A stretch of 54,894 bases of DNA from a virus (taxonomy: Duplodnaviria > Caudoviricetes), in IMG/VR virus record IMGVR_UViG_3300031951_000204, positions 1 to 54,894 of that record; one strand, given 5' to 3'. Below the pieces are notes generated by a model. That model ran no database searches. It was not told where the DNA came from and saw only the letters and a program-made list of their open reading frames with translations. Positions 24,082 through 35,000 of this stretch are shown here, one piece after another. Within the stretch, counting starts at the first letter, position 1, and each line of letters opens with the position of its first letter. Made by a program: the position numbers and the translations under genes.

Positions 24082-24723
24082 ATGAAAGCAATCCAACAAA
24101 TCCCCGTTGCCATCCTCGCCCGCGTCTCAACCTCCAAGCAGGACAACGATAGGCAAGTGCACGAGTTGACCGAGCATGCCGAGCGCTCAGGCTGGCGCGT
24201 GGTCGAAGTGATCCGCGAGCAAGTGAGCGGCGCGAGCAAGACAAGGCCGGATGTTGTGCGCGCCAAGGAACTCGCCAAGGCTGGCACAATCCGAAAGGTG
24301 CTCGTGCATGAGATTTCCCGCCTTGGCCGTCGTCCGGCCCTTGTGCATGAGGTTGTGGAAAGCCTTCACGAGTCAGGCGCGAGCCTTTACTGGCACTCAC
24401 AGCGCATTGAAACGCTTTTGCCGGATGGCAGGCGCAATCCCGCGGCAGGCATCATGCTTGCGGTGATGGCGGAAATGGCGCAGGCGGAGAGGGAAACGCT
24501 CATCGAGCGCACGCGCTCCGGGTTGGCAGAGGCGCGGAGAAAGGGCCGGGTGCTTGGCCGTCCGAAAGGCAGCACGCTGGACGCTGCGGAGCTTGTGGCG
24601 CGGCATCCCGACATCGCGCGGCACCTGCGGGCCGGTCATTCGATTCGCCACGCTGCGGCGATCACAGGCAAGAGCACGGGCACGGTGCAGGCGGTGAAAC
24701 GGGCGATGGAGAAACAGTCTTGA
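24082..24723 (+). CDS. serine recombinase (resolvase/invertase family)
   Basis: ARVSTSKQ, EISRLGR, ERETLIERTRSGL..AR..G..LGRP, C-terminal HTH. Confidence 0.92.
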   Translation: MKAIQQIPVAILARVSTSKQDNDRQVHELTEHAERSGWRVVEVIREQVSGASKTRPDVVRAKELAKAGTIRKVLVHEISRLGRRPALVHEVVESLHESGASLYWHSQRIETLLPDGRRNPAAGIMLAVMAEMAQAERETLIERTRSGLAEARRKGRVLGRPKGSTLDAAELVARHPDIARHLRAGHSIRHAAAITGKSTGTVQAVKRAMEKQS

Positions 24724-24754
24724 CGAAACGTGAAGGCTGGAAACAACGCCAGCC

Positions 24755-25336
24755 ATGGACATCACCGACCGCAGGACCGATCCGCTACCCGCCGCAGGCA
24801 AGCTCCGCCTCGTGAATGACGAGGGGAAAGCCCGCATCCTCGACAGCAACGGGAAACGCGCGCGGTTGAGGGCGGAGGCTGGAATCCCCCTGCATGCGGT
24901 TGCGGCGACGGCTACGCTTGACCCGACCGGCACAAACAACAGCGTGCTTTACACCGCCAAGGTTGCAGGCGCGGCGGGAAATGCCATTTCGGTGCAATAC
25001 GCGATCAGCGGTGCGGGAAGCGCGGTGTTGTCGGTTGCCGTGAACGGCACGGCGATCCTTGTGACGGCGGGCAGCGCAACGGTGGCATCGGCGGTCATTA
25101 CGGCGGTCAACGCTGACGCTGCGGCATCGGCCCTTGTGACCGCGGCGGCATCGGGCACGGTGACGGGTGCGATTGCGGCGGTTGCGCAGACCTACCTTGC
25201 CAATGGTGAGGATGCCACGGAAGGGGTGTATGGTGACATGCTTTTGACGGAAACCGGATACTTGTGCATAGCGTTTGCCGATGTGAAGAAATCCAGCACG
25301 AGCGGATGGCGAGCGGTTGAAGTTCCTACTGTCTAA
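24755..25336 (+). CDS. Ala/Thr-rich virion structural (decoration/sheath-insert-like) protein
   Basis: YTAKVAGAAGNAISVQY...LANGED domain seen in virion proteins. Confidence 0.55.
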   Translation: MDITDRRTDPLPAAGKLRLVNDEGKARILDSNGKRARLRAEAGIPLHAVAATATLDPTGTNNSVLYTAKVAGAAGNAISVQYAISGAGSAVLSVAVNGTAILVTAGSATVASAVITAVNADAAASALVTAAASGTVTGAIAAVAQTYLANGEDATEGVYGDMLLTETGYLCIAFADVKKSSTSGWRAVEVPTV

Positions 25337-25440
25337 CAATTCTCCCGCAGTCGCATGCGGGCCGTGCGGTTAATGGGTTTTCCGCGCGGATTCATGTCTC
25401 ACCTCGGCCCGGCGGGGTATGCGACACCGGGAAACTTTGC

Positions 25441-27195
25441 ATGGAAGGACTCGACACGATCTTGCGGGAGGCTACGCGCTGGGATGTTGCGGCGTGGTTT
25501 GAGGGGTTTGGGAAGATACGTCGGAAGGGTGGGGAGTTGGTGAGTCCGCGGGCGAACGTGTATCAGCATCGAATCAGCGAGGTGTTGCGTGAGGCGCATG
25601 AGCGGGGGAGGCCAGCGAGGCTGGTGTGTTTGAAACCGCGGCAGAAGGGCAGCTCGACATTCAGTGTTGCGGCGCTGTATCGGCGGATGATGGCGAAGCC
25701 GGGTGCTGGGTTGATTGCGGGTGGCGCGCATTTCCAAGGTGCGAACCTGTTCAAGATTCTCAAGACCTACACGGAGAATGACGGGTTGGATGGTGATGCG
25801 TGCAAGGTGATGGACACGTCGGCGCGGTTTCGGAATGGATCGAGCATTGAGCGGATCACGTTGGCGAACAGCAATGCGGGCCGGTCGGGGACGTTTCAGG
25901 CGATGGTGTTGACGGAGGTGGCGTATTTGTCGGAGGAAGGGGTTGCGAATGCGGACGAGGTGTTAAACGGGTTGGTGAAGTGTGTTCCGTATGAGCCGGA
26001 CACGTTCATTATTCAGGAGAGCACGGCGAAGGGTGCGAGCGGGAGCTTCTATGATCTATGGCGTGGAGGGATTGAGTTTGACGAGTTCATGGCCGGGAAG
26101 AACGGCTATGTGAAGGTGTTTGCGGCGTGGTATGAGTTTGAGGATTCGCGGTTGTTGCCGGATGGTGAGGGGATAGGCGGATGGGATGATTTGACGGATC
26201 AGGAGCGGAGGTTGGCGGAGAAGTGGAATTTGGACTTGGAGCAGGTTGCGTGGATGCGGTGGGCGATACGGGAGGAGTGCAAGGGGGACTTTGACAAGTT
26301 CTGTCAGGACTACCCGTTTGATCCGGAGACGGCGTTCCTAAAGTCGGGTCGTGGTCGGTTCAGCATTGAGGGGTTGGAGTATCAGGAGAAGCGGTCGCGT
26401 GAGTGCAAGCGTGAGCATGGGGCGTTGGAATACAACGAGCGTGCGGACTCGGTGCAATGGGTTCCGATGAATGAGGGAGAGGCGCGGAGTGTTCGGTGGG
26501 AGACGCCGCGTGTCGGTTGCCGGTATTTGGTTGCGGTTGACCCTATGACGGGAGCATCGCAGACGGGTGGTGATGATCCGGACTCGCATGGTGTGTTTGT
26601 GTTGCGGCAGGGTTATCTGGACCGTGGCGAGTGGGTTGAGCCTGCGGTTGTGATGCGCAACATGCTGGTTGCGGATGGTGTTCGGTTCGGGTGCTGGTGG
26701 GACATTGACGTGTTGGAGGAAGAGGTGTGGAGGATGGCGAGGTATTGGCAGGCCATCATTGTTCCGGAGATGAACATGGATCGAGGGTTGGTGGAGTTGT
26801 TGAAGTTGAGGGGGGACGTGGACATTTATCAGCGTGAGATTTTCAACCGGCGGGAAATGACGCGGACGAAGGCGTTGGGATGGGTGACGGACATCCGGAC
26901 GCGTCCGATGGTGATTGAGGGGTTGGCGCGTGCTGTTAGAGAGGCGGGGCGAGGTGGGTCGGGTGAGGGGATTGAGATACGCTGTCCGTGGGCGCTGGCG
27001 CAGATGCGGAATTTTGTTGTGAAGCCGAACGGGAAGGCTGAGGCGGGGCCGGGATGGCATGATGATGATGTGCTGGCGTTGGCGATTGGTGTTGCGACGT
27101 TGGAGATGGCGGTTCCGTGGCAGGAGCGTGAGCGGATGTATGGTGGGCGGAAGTTTTTGGTGGGTGGACGCAAGGCTGCGGGGCAATGGGATTGA
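25441..27195 (+). CDS. terL: terminase large subunit
   Basis: LKPRQKGSST, LTEVAY, IQESTAKG, AVDP, HDDDVLALAI. Confidence 0.92.
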   Translation: MEGLDTILREATRWDVAAWFEGFGKIRRKGGELVSPRANVYQHRISEVLREAHERGRPARLVCLKPRQKGSSTFSVAALYRRMMAKPGAGLIAGGAHFQGANLFKILKTYTENDGLDGDACKVMDTSARFRNGSSIERITLANSNAGRSGTFQAMVLTEVAYLSEEGVANADEVLNGLVKCVPYEPDTFIIQESTAKGASGSFYDLWRGGIEFDEFMAGKNGYVKVFAAWYEFEDSRLLPDGEGIGGWDDLTDQERRLAEKWNLDLEQVAWMRWAIREECKGDFDKFCQDYPFDPETAFLKSGRGRFSIEGLEYQEKRSRECKREHGALEYNERADSVQWVPMNEGEARSVRWETPRVGCRYLVAVDPMTGASQTGGDDPDSHGVFVLRQGYLDRGEWVEPAVVMRNMLVADGVRFGCWWDIDVLEEEVWRMARYWQAIIVPEMNMDRGLVELLKLRGDVDIYQREIFNRREMTRTKALGWVTDIRTRPMVIEGLARAVREAGRGGSGEGIEIRCPWALAQMRNFVVKPNGKAEAGPGWHDDDVLALAIGVATLEMAVPWQERERMYGGRKFLVGGRKAAGQWD

Positions 27196-27419
27196 CACGC
27201 CCCCACGAGACGCAAAGGATGGTTTTGCCAGTGAGCATCGCGGGTTGACGCGAGTATCAGGCGCGATTGAGTCCAAAGGGCTGTGACACGGCCAGCCACG
27301 GTTGCGCAAGGTTGCCTCCCACAAAAACAAGGGGGGCGGATGGGCAAGGTCGGTTCATGGCTGACAATCCTTCCCACTGGAAATCTTGACAAAACGTGGG
27401 GGCCGTGAACAACGCGGGC

Positions 27420-28952
27420 ATGAGCGAGATCATTCCTGTGTTGGAGCTTGGAAAAGCGCGTGCGAAAGAAGCGTTTTTGGCTGGGAGCGGGAGGGTGATT
27501 AACCCGAGTCGGAATGCTGACACGAGGCAGGTCCGGTATCGGATGGGTCGCCACCGCGGGAAAACGCCGGATCAGGTTGACTCGGAGTTCGAGCGGTTGT
27601 GGGGGAGTGTGAATCCGAAGGTGCGGGAGAAGTATGCGAAGATGGCGGGTCCGCAGACGAGTTCCGGGTATGGTGCGAAGGTTGAGAAGCCGGAGATGAA
27701 GAAGGTTCCGCTTGCTCCGGTGCCGCGCCCCGAGGCGAAGCCAGATGCTGCAAAAGTTCCGACGTTTGATGATTTGACGAAGGTTGACCATTCGGCGCTG
27801 ACTCCTGACGGGATGCGTCATTCGATTGGCGATGGAGCGGCGAGCGCGCCGGTATCTTTGCCGAAGATGCCTGATGCCGTGACCGGCACGCCTGAAGAAT
27901 GGAAGGCATACAACGATCAAATGGCAAAGTTGAACCCGTCAACGCCGTTTCTCAAAACTCCAATGGGCAAGCTCGTCGCACCGATTGTTGACCCTGACAC
28001 GATCCACAACACTGATTCGGCTGGCAATCGGATCGACAAGCCGGGTTCGGTGAAGCCAACCGCGGCGACTCCGGTTGCGACGGTTGAAAAGCCGGGAGCA
28101 TTTGCGGGAGCGAAGCGCCGTGGGGGAGCTTCCCCAAGCGCGCAGCAAGGTCGGATTTCAAGCGGGGCGAGTCCGTCCGCGCCGCCCGCGGTTCGTGATG
28201 CGGCGGCTGACGTGGCGGACAAGCCGTGGCAGAATGTTGCGGGTCAGCCAGCGCAAACGCCTGTTCCGCGCCCGATGCCGGACCAAAAGACGTCATCGGT
28301 GACCCCGGCGGAGCGCGCCCGTCCAACAATGTCGGAGACTCCGGCGGGCATGGAGTTGGTCGGGATGAAGGGTGGAGTTCCGCAGTATGAGTCAATTGGC
28401 AGCGTGTATGGTGAAAGCCCGCGCAAGGCTGATGCGCCTCCGCTTGGAAATGTTGGTCCGGTGCGCGCTGAAAGGACGGCGAATGACATTCGGGCGGACT
28501 ATCAGAATCGGAACCAGACGCCTGCCAACCGCGCCGGAGCGGACAATGCGATGCGATCACAAGGCATGGTTATCCCTGCCACTCCGCAAACTCCGGTAAC
28601 ACGCGGCCCGGCCAGCCAGCCAGCCCCGGCCTACCAGTCGCCCACGGAAAAGGGAGGCGCGTTCAGCCGCGAGCGATACGCCAAGACCGCTGCGGCGCAG
28701 CAGGAGGGTTGGGACAAGAAAGCGATCCGTGATGGCACCGCAAGTCAGGCCACCAAAGATAAATGGTCTGACTACTCCAAAGAACGTGAGGCCGGTGTTG
28801 CGATGGACAAAGAGATCAACAAAGGCAAGCCCTACGGCGGAGCGGCCCCGGTTGTCGGTGGCGTAGGTAGCACTCCGAACAGCAAGGTTGTCGGGATTCG
28901 TCCCGGTTCTGCTTTTCCGATCCGCAAGCCGCGGTTTGCGATGGCTCGATGA
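27420..28952 (+). CDS. Pro/Ala-rich, largely disordered protein (probable internal virion protein)
   Basis: Low complexity; precedes the giant protein; ATG 34 nt after the promoter motif. Confidence 0.65.
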   Translation: MSEIIPVLELGKARAKEAFLAGSGRVINPSRNADTRQVRYRMGRHRGKTPDQVDSEFERLWGSVNPKVREKYAKMAGPQTSSGYGAKVEKPEMKKVPLAPVPRPEAKPDAAKVPTFDDLTKVDHSALTPDGMRHSIGDGAASAPVSLPKMPDAVTGTPEEWKAYNDQMAKLNPSTPFLKTPMGKLVAPIVDPDTIHNTDSAGNRIDKPGSVKPTAATPVATVEKPGAFAGAKRRGGASPSAQQGRISSGASPSAPPAVRDAAADVADKPWQNVAGQPAQTPVPRPMPDQKTSSVTPAERARPTMSETPAGMELVGMKGGVPQYESIGSVYGESPRKADAPPLGNVGPVRAERTANDIRADYQNRNQTPANRAGADNAMRSQGMVIPATPQTPVTRGPASQPAPAYQSPTEKGGAFSRERYAKTAAAQQEGWDKKAIRDGTASQATKDKWSDYSKEREAGVAMDKEINKGKPYGGAAPVVGGVGSTPNSKVVGIRPGSAFPIRKPRFAMAR

Positions 28953-29028
28953 TTTTTCACAGACGGGCCGCGATGGCGGCGAACGAAACGACGGGTGGAT
29001 ACCCGCAACCTCAACCTTATGAAATCAG

Positions 29029-32000
29029 ATGGATGACAGCATGTTTCGCCAAAAGGGCGCGGGAGTCCCGCGTGGAAATGAATCGGTCGCGGAGGATGCC
29101 GTTCCGAGTGAACTCAGCGGGGGTGAGGTTCGTGTTCCGATATGGAAGTCGTTTGTTGGAAACAAGGATTTCCAAGAGCGGCAGGCTGGCGCGATAGCGG
29201 CGGAAAAGAGCCTGATGGCTTCCGCCGGGCGCGGCGGCGTGCGGTGGGGTGGTGACAACGGGCGGTTGTTTCGGAAGGCTGGCAGTTCGATTGAGGAATT
29301 TGACGCCGAGCAGTTGGCGGAAGACCCGGAAGCCGGGCCGTTTGCGCGCAAGAGCCTGTTTGACCGTGAGCGCCGGAGTGCGGCGGCGGAATATGATGGG
29401 TATGATTTGAAGCTCCAAGACCCGGCTTTCAAGGCGCGCGGTCTGACGGAAAAAGACCGTCAAGAGCGGCAGTTTGAGTTTGAGGCGTTGCCGGATACGG
29501 ACCCGCGCAAGGCGCAGGCCAAGGCGGCGATTGACGCGGACGACCAGTATCGCGCGGAGAAGGCGGAGATTGAGCAACGGAAGTATAACGCGAAAGTTCG
29601 CGCCACGCAGCTTGGCAACATTGACCCGGATACATGGTGGGCGAATCGCGCCACCATCGGGCAGGCACGCAAGCCCGCGCCGGTCGAGCAGGCGCAAGCG
29701 GCTCGTGGTGAGGCGAGGGCGGCGGATGATTCCGCGATGGGCCGGGAGAAAGAGCTTGATGCGGAGTTGATGAGCGGAGTGAGCGCCGCGCGGCTTGCGC
29801 AGATCAAAGCGGAGAAGGCGGAAATCGCACAAGCGCGCTCGCTGGCCGGTGAGCAGCAGGTTGAGGCGGACATGGCGGTTGATGGCGTCCGGCAGGAAGC
29901 GCAGGCCAAGGTTGACCAGTCTGTTGCGGAGCGTGGTTTTTGGGCTGACACCATTGCGGCGCTCAAGCGCGGCTATGCGGGTGCGGCGCAATCGGCAAAC
30001 ATCCTTCAGGGAGCAACTGACGCGGAGAACGCGCAAGATATTGCGGACTACGAGAAAATGAAGCAGGCCAACCCGGCTTCCACGGAGTTTCAGGAATTTC
30101 TCAATGCCAAGGGCTTTGCGGAGTCCGCCGCGGCATTCATCAAAAACCCCATCAGCATTGTTTCTGAGGTCATCGCGGAGAGCGCGGCGCAAATGGTTCC
30201 ATCCATCGCGCTTGGGTTTGCTGGCGGGTCGGCTGGCGGTGCGTTGGCGTCCGCTCCCACGGCTGGAACCGCGGCCCCGGCGACGGTCCCGATTGGCGCG
30301 GTGGTTGGCAGCGCCATTGGCGCGGGCACCGGCTCATATTTGGCGGAGTATGGCAACGCCATGCTTCAATCCATGCAGGAGGCAGGCATGGACGCGGCTG
30401 ACCCGAAGTCGATCCAAGCATTTTTCGGTGATGAGCAAAAACTTGCCGCCGCCAAGGAGTTTGCGGTGAAGCGCGGCATTCCGATTGCGATTTTTGACGC
30501 GGTTTCGATGGGCCTTGCCGGTAAGTTTATGAAGCCGGTCCAAGTTGCTGCCAAGGGCGGCGCGAAAGTGACGGCTGGGCAGGTTCTCAAGGCCAGCGGC
30601 AAGGAATTGGCCGCGCAGGCTGCGGCGGGTGCTGGCGGTGAGGCCGCGGCGCAGTTGGCGAGCACGGGCGAGATTTCAGAGGGCAAGGCCATCTTCTTGG
30701 AAGGCATTGCGGAAGTCGGATTTGCGCCGTTGGAAGTGGCGAGCAACTTGCGGGAGTTCGGCGGCGCTGCACCGGGCAGCAAGGAAGCGGATTTGATGGA
30801 GCAAACGACAACCGCGCTGACCGCGATTGACCCGGAAGCTGCCCCACCGACACCGCAGGAGATTGGGAATGCCGCTTTCATCACCGGACAGGGTGCCGGG
30901 GTTGAAGGACTGGCGGAAAGCGTGGTGATCGAGCGGGAGCTTGCCGGGATTGACGCGGAGGATACGGCGGCTGTTGCGGCAGCGGATCAAGCGGTTTTGG
31001 ATGCCAAGGCCACGGGTGACGCGGCGACGATCAAAGCGGCGGAGACGGCGCGTGAGTCGGTGATTGGAGGCCGCGCGCATCTTGTTCGCGCCGTGCTCAA
31101 GATAGCCTCCGGGCGGGACATTTCCACGCTGACGGACAACGAGCTTCGATCCATTGGCTACAAGGCGGACAAGGAAAAGCCGGGCGAGTATGTGGAGTTG
31201 GATGCGGATGAAGCCAAGGCGGCGGGCATCACAAAGCCGATGGTGCGCCGTGGCGCGGATGAGTCGGTTGTGATTACTGACGAGGCGCTGAAACGGGTCG
31301 AGGGCATTTTGCCGCGTGCTCGTGCCCGTGTGAAAATGGGCGAGACTGAGGCGCTGGACAAGGCGCAGCAACGCGCCAACACACCGGAATGGGAGGTGGA
31401 CACTTCCGCCGGGCCGGTGCGCGTGAAAGCCACGTCCCCGGAGGATGCGGAGCGCATTGCGGCGGAGACTTCTCCGCTTGGGCAGACGGTTCGCCCCGGC
31501 AGCGCCAAACAGGTTTCTCCGTCGCCCGGAAGTGATTCGGGCAATGCTCCGGGGGGGGCTTCGCCTGTGAACCCGGCGGCGGGGAATCAATCATCCAATG
31601 AAACAGGCCAGCCACAAACGCCGCCGGGAGCGGCCAATCAGCAAACGGGAAGCGCGGGAAATCCAGCGGGAGCTTCGGGAGGAACTGCGAGTAATGCAGG
31701 AGGCGCGCAAGGTGCCGCCGGGCAGGGAAATGCGGTTCCGGGGGCAGGAAAATGGTCAATCGTAGATTCTGACGGAAACTACAAATCGACGTATGACACG
31801 CAAAAGGATGCCGAAGCCGCCGCTGAGTATTTGAACGGCGCGGACAAATCGGGGAAAACTTATTCTGTTCGCCCTGCCACCGCGGAGGAATCCGGCGGAG
31901 CTTCATCAACAGGAGGAAAAGCCGCACCGGGCACCAAAGCTTTAGCCGCGGCTCGCAAGCGCATTGAGCAGATTAAGAGCAAGAACAAACGTCTCGCGGA

Positions 32001-35000
32001 TGCCATTATTGAGACACAAGACCCATCAATGTGGGCGATGATGTCCGAGGACGGGAAAAGCATTTACCTGAACGTCGAACGCATCATCAAGCGCGCCTTG
32101 GAGATTGGAATGAGCGAGGCGCAGGCCGCGCAATACTTCGCCCGCGTGCTCGATGAGGAAATCCGGCACATGGCGCACAATGATTCGGCGCGGAATCAGT
32201 ATGCCAAAATCGCCAAGGAAGCCGGTATTCACTTCGATGAAAAAGCCTTTGAAAACTGGCGCGAGCAGCATTACGGCGAAATCTGGCAAAACGATTTTGT
32301 TGCCCCCGGCAAGGACAAGATCATCCGTGACCTTTACTCGCGGGACACGACAAAGGGGAAAACCCACAACTTTGATTCCCTTCCAGCATGGAAGAAGGCG
32401 TTTGAGGGAATCCGCGCGTTGAGTCAGGGAGATAAAGTCACCGAAGGCAGCAAACTATGGACTAACATCAGAGACACGCTCCGGCAGGCGATTGAGGCCG
32501 CGCTTGCGGCACTCAAAGAGTTCATCGACATCGCCTCACCCACTCTCAAGACAGAAATTCAGAATCTCGAAAATGCACTCAAGCAACTCAATAAACCACG
32601 CGGAGGAACTTCAAAAGCTGGTGGCAAAAAGCCCGCTTCCGGCCAAGCGGGTGCTGGAACTGGCGGGGCGGCCCCACAAGGCGGCGATAGCAGCCCTGAC
32701 AGCAATGGCGGGACTCAGCCGCCACCAAGCGACGGCGCTGGTGCACCATTATCAGTCGGCGCGCGGGTGAGCTTTGTCTCGTCAAGCCCGGTGCTTGGCG
32801 ATATGGCCGGTCAGCGGATTGAGGGGACCATTGCCATCTTGCAGAACGGCATGGCGCGCGTGCGGCCTGATTTCGACCCGTCGATTTCGGTCGCGGTGCC
32901 GGTAGATGAGTTGACGGTGGAGCAGGCGGCAAAACCGCAGGCTAAACCTGCTTCCAACGAGGTTGGCCGCAACAAAAACGGCGATCAGATTTTCACCGAT
33001 GCGAACGGCGTGCGGTATCTTGAGGAAAACGGCTTCCGGATCAACCAGCCGGTTGACATGCGCCCGACGCGCGACGGTGTTGAATCCGTCCCGGTTTCGC
33101 CGCAGGAAATGTTCGACCGCGGCAATCTCCGGTTCCTGACCGAGACAGAGGTTGAGCAGATGCGCGCGGCCAAGGCGGCTGGCGGCAAGGATACCGAGTG
33201 GGAAGTTGCCAACATGGAACTTCTGTCGGAGGACCGCGCACGGATCAATGCGGCGCTGGTTGGGGATGAATCAGTGGTGAACGCGATTCGCAACAGCGAC
33301 CCGCAGAACGCGCGCATTCAGATCACAAGCCGGGTTCGCGCAATCCTCGCAAAATGGCTCAACGCCCGTGAGATTGATCCGAAGTCCTACACCTATTTCA
33401 GCCGCATGGCTGACAACCCGGTGTGGATTGATTCGGTGTTCAAGTCGGTCGGGAAAGAGATTTCCGCGGGCACTCCGCAACAAACACCAACCCCGCCAAC
33501 CAATGAAAAAGAAGGCCAAGGGCAAGGGCAAGCCGAAGGGCAAATGCTGACACCCCCGCCGTCCGGGGATAAATCCCCGGCGGCGCTCACCCCGGAAGAA
33601 GAACAGGCGAAGAAAGACCTGTTTGATGCTTTTGACGGTCTGGTAGATGGATTGGAAGCCGCCCCTCTGCCTGAACCGGAGTTCTACCGCGAGCGCCCGC
33701 CGACCGACCGCTTGCCGCAGATGCAGAAAGCGGCGCAATCGCTCATTTCCGCCGGGGTGGACACTCCCGGCAAGCTGGCCGAGTTCCTTGAGAAAGTCGC
33801 GCCGAACAAGCTCCGGCAGTTTTCGGAGTTCCTTTGGAGGCAGGTCAATTCCTTCCTCATGGGCGACACGGCGGCGGTGGATTGGAATGAAATCTACAAC
33901 GCATCAACGAATCAGGATGCGACAATCAAAGTAGGCGATTGGGTCCGATTCAAGGATCGTCCGGATGAAGGTCCGTGGACGGTTTGGAGCAAGGACGGCG
34001 ACCGTGTGAAGCTGGACAACAGCACGCGCAACCTTTCGTTCAACATCGACAACTTTGAGAAAGTCGATCCGCCGCAGGGGCAGGAGGAAGATGCCGATTT
34101 GAGAGATTCGATTCTTGGCCCTCCCATGGACGCGCCCGCCGAAGTGGTGCTTGATCGTCTCAAAAAACGCCTTCTCAAGCATGCCGAAGGCGGAAACATG
34201 GACCCGCACCAAATTGCCGGAACATGGTTTGAGATATTCTGGAATTTCAACGGTGATGGATACGCCACAATCCAAGGCCGAGGTCACAAGGTTTCCGCGA
34301 AAATATCCGATATTTTAAAGGGCAAAATTGGGGTTCAAGATTCAACGAATGAAGAATCCGCGCCGGAACCCGCCGCCGCCTATCGCCTTGCCTCCCAGCT
34401 TGCCGAGCGGATCAAACGCAAGGAAAAGACCAGCATTCAGGAACTCACCCGCATGGCGAGTGAGGTTTATGGAGGCAGGACCGGCGAAGGCTTCGACATC
34501 AAGACCGCTTATGACTCGGTGGAAATGGCAATCAACATCCTGATTGGAGAATCAGGCATGGAGGTCAACGTGACGCCGGAGCAGGCACGCCAGAACCTCG
34601 AAACCATCCGTGGCTGGCTAGAATACATCCCGACGCAGACGCGCCGCACGGGCGAAATGGATGCGATGCAACAATTTTCCACGCCACCCCATTTTTCCTA
34701 CATCGCTTCATGGGTGGCGGCGGTTGGCAACAAGGACGTTGGATTTGAGCCGTCCGCCGGGCTTGGCGGGCTGGCCGCGTGGATGGCCCGCGCCGGGGCT
34801 GACGTTCGCCTCAACGAACTGAGTCCGCGCCGCCGTGAAATGCTCGACCAGATGCACATTGGCCCGCCCGCCACCGGGCATGATGCCGGAGTGCTTCACT
34901 CCCTGCTTTTGCCAGCGATCAACAACGGCAGTATGCCGCAGCCGACGATTGTGGTGATGAATCCGCCGTTTTCCAACAACGCGGCGGGCCGGAAAGACTT

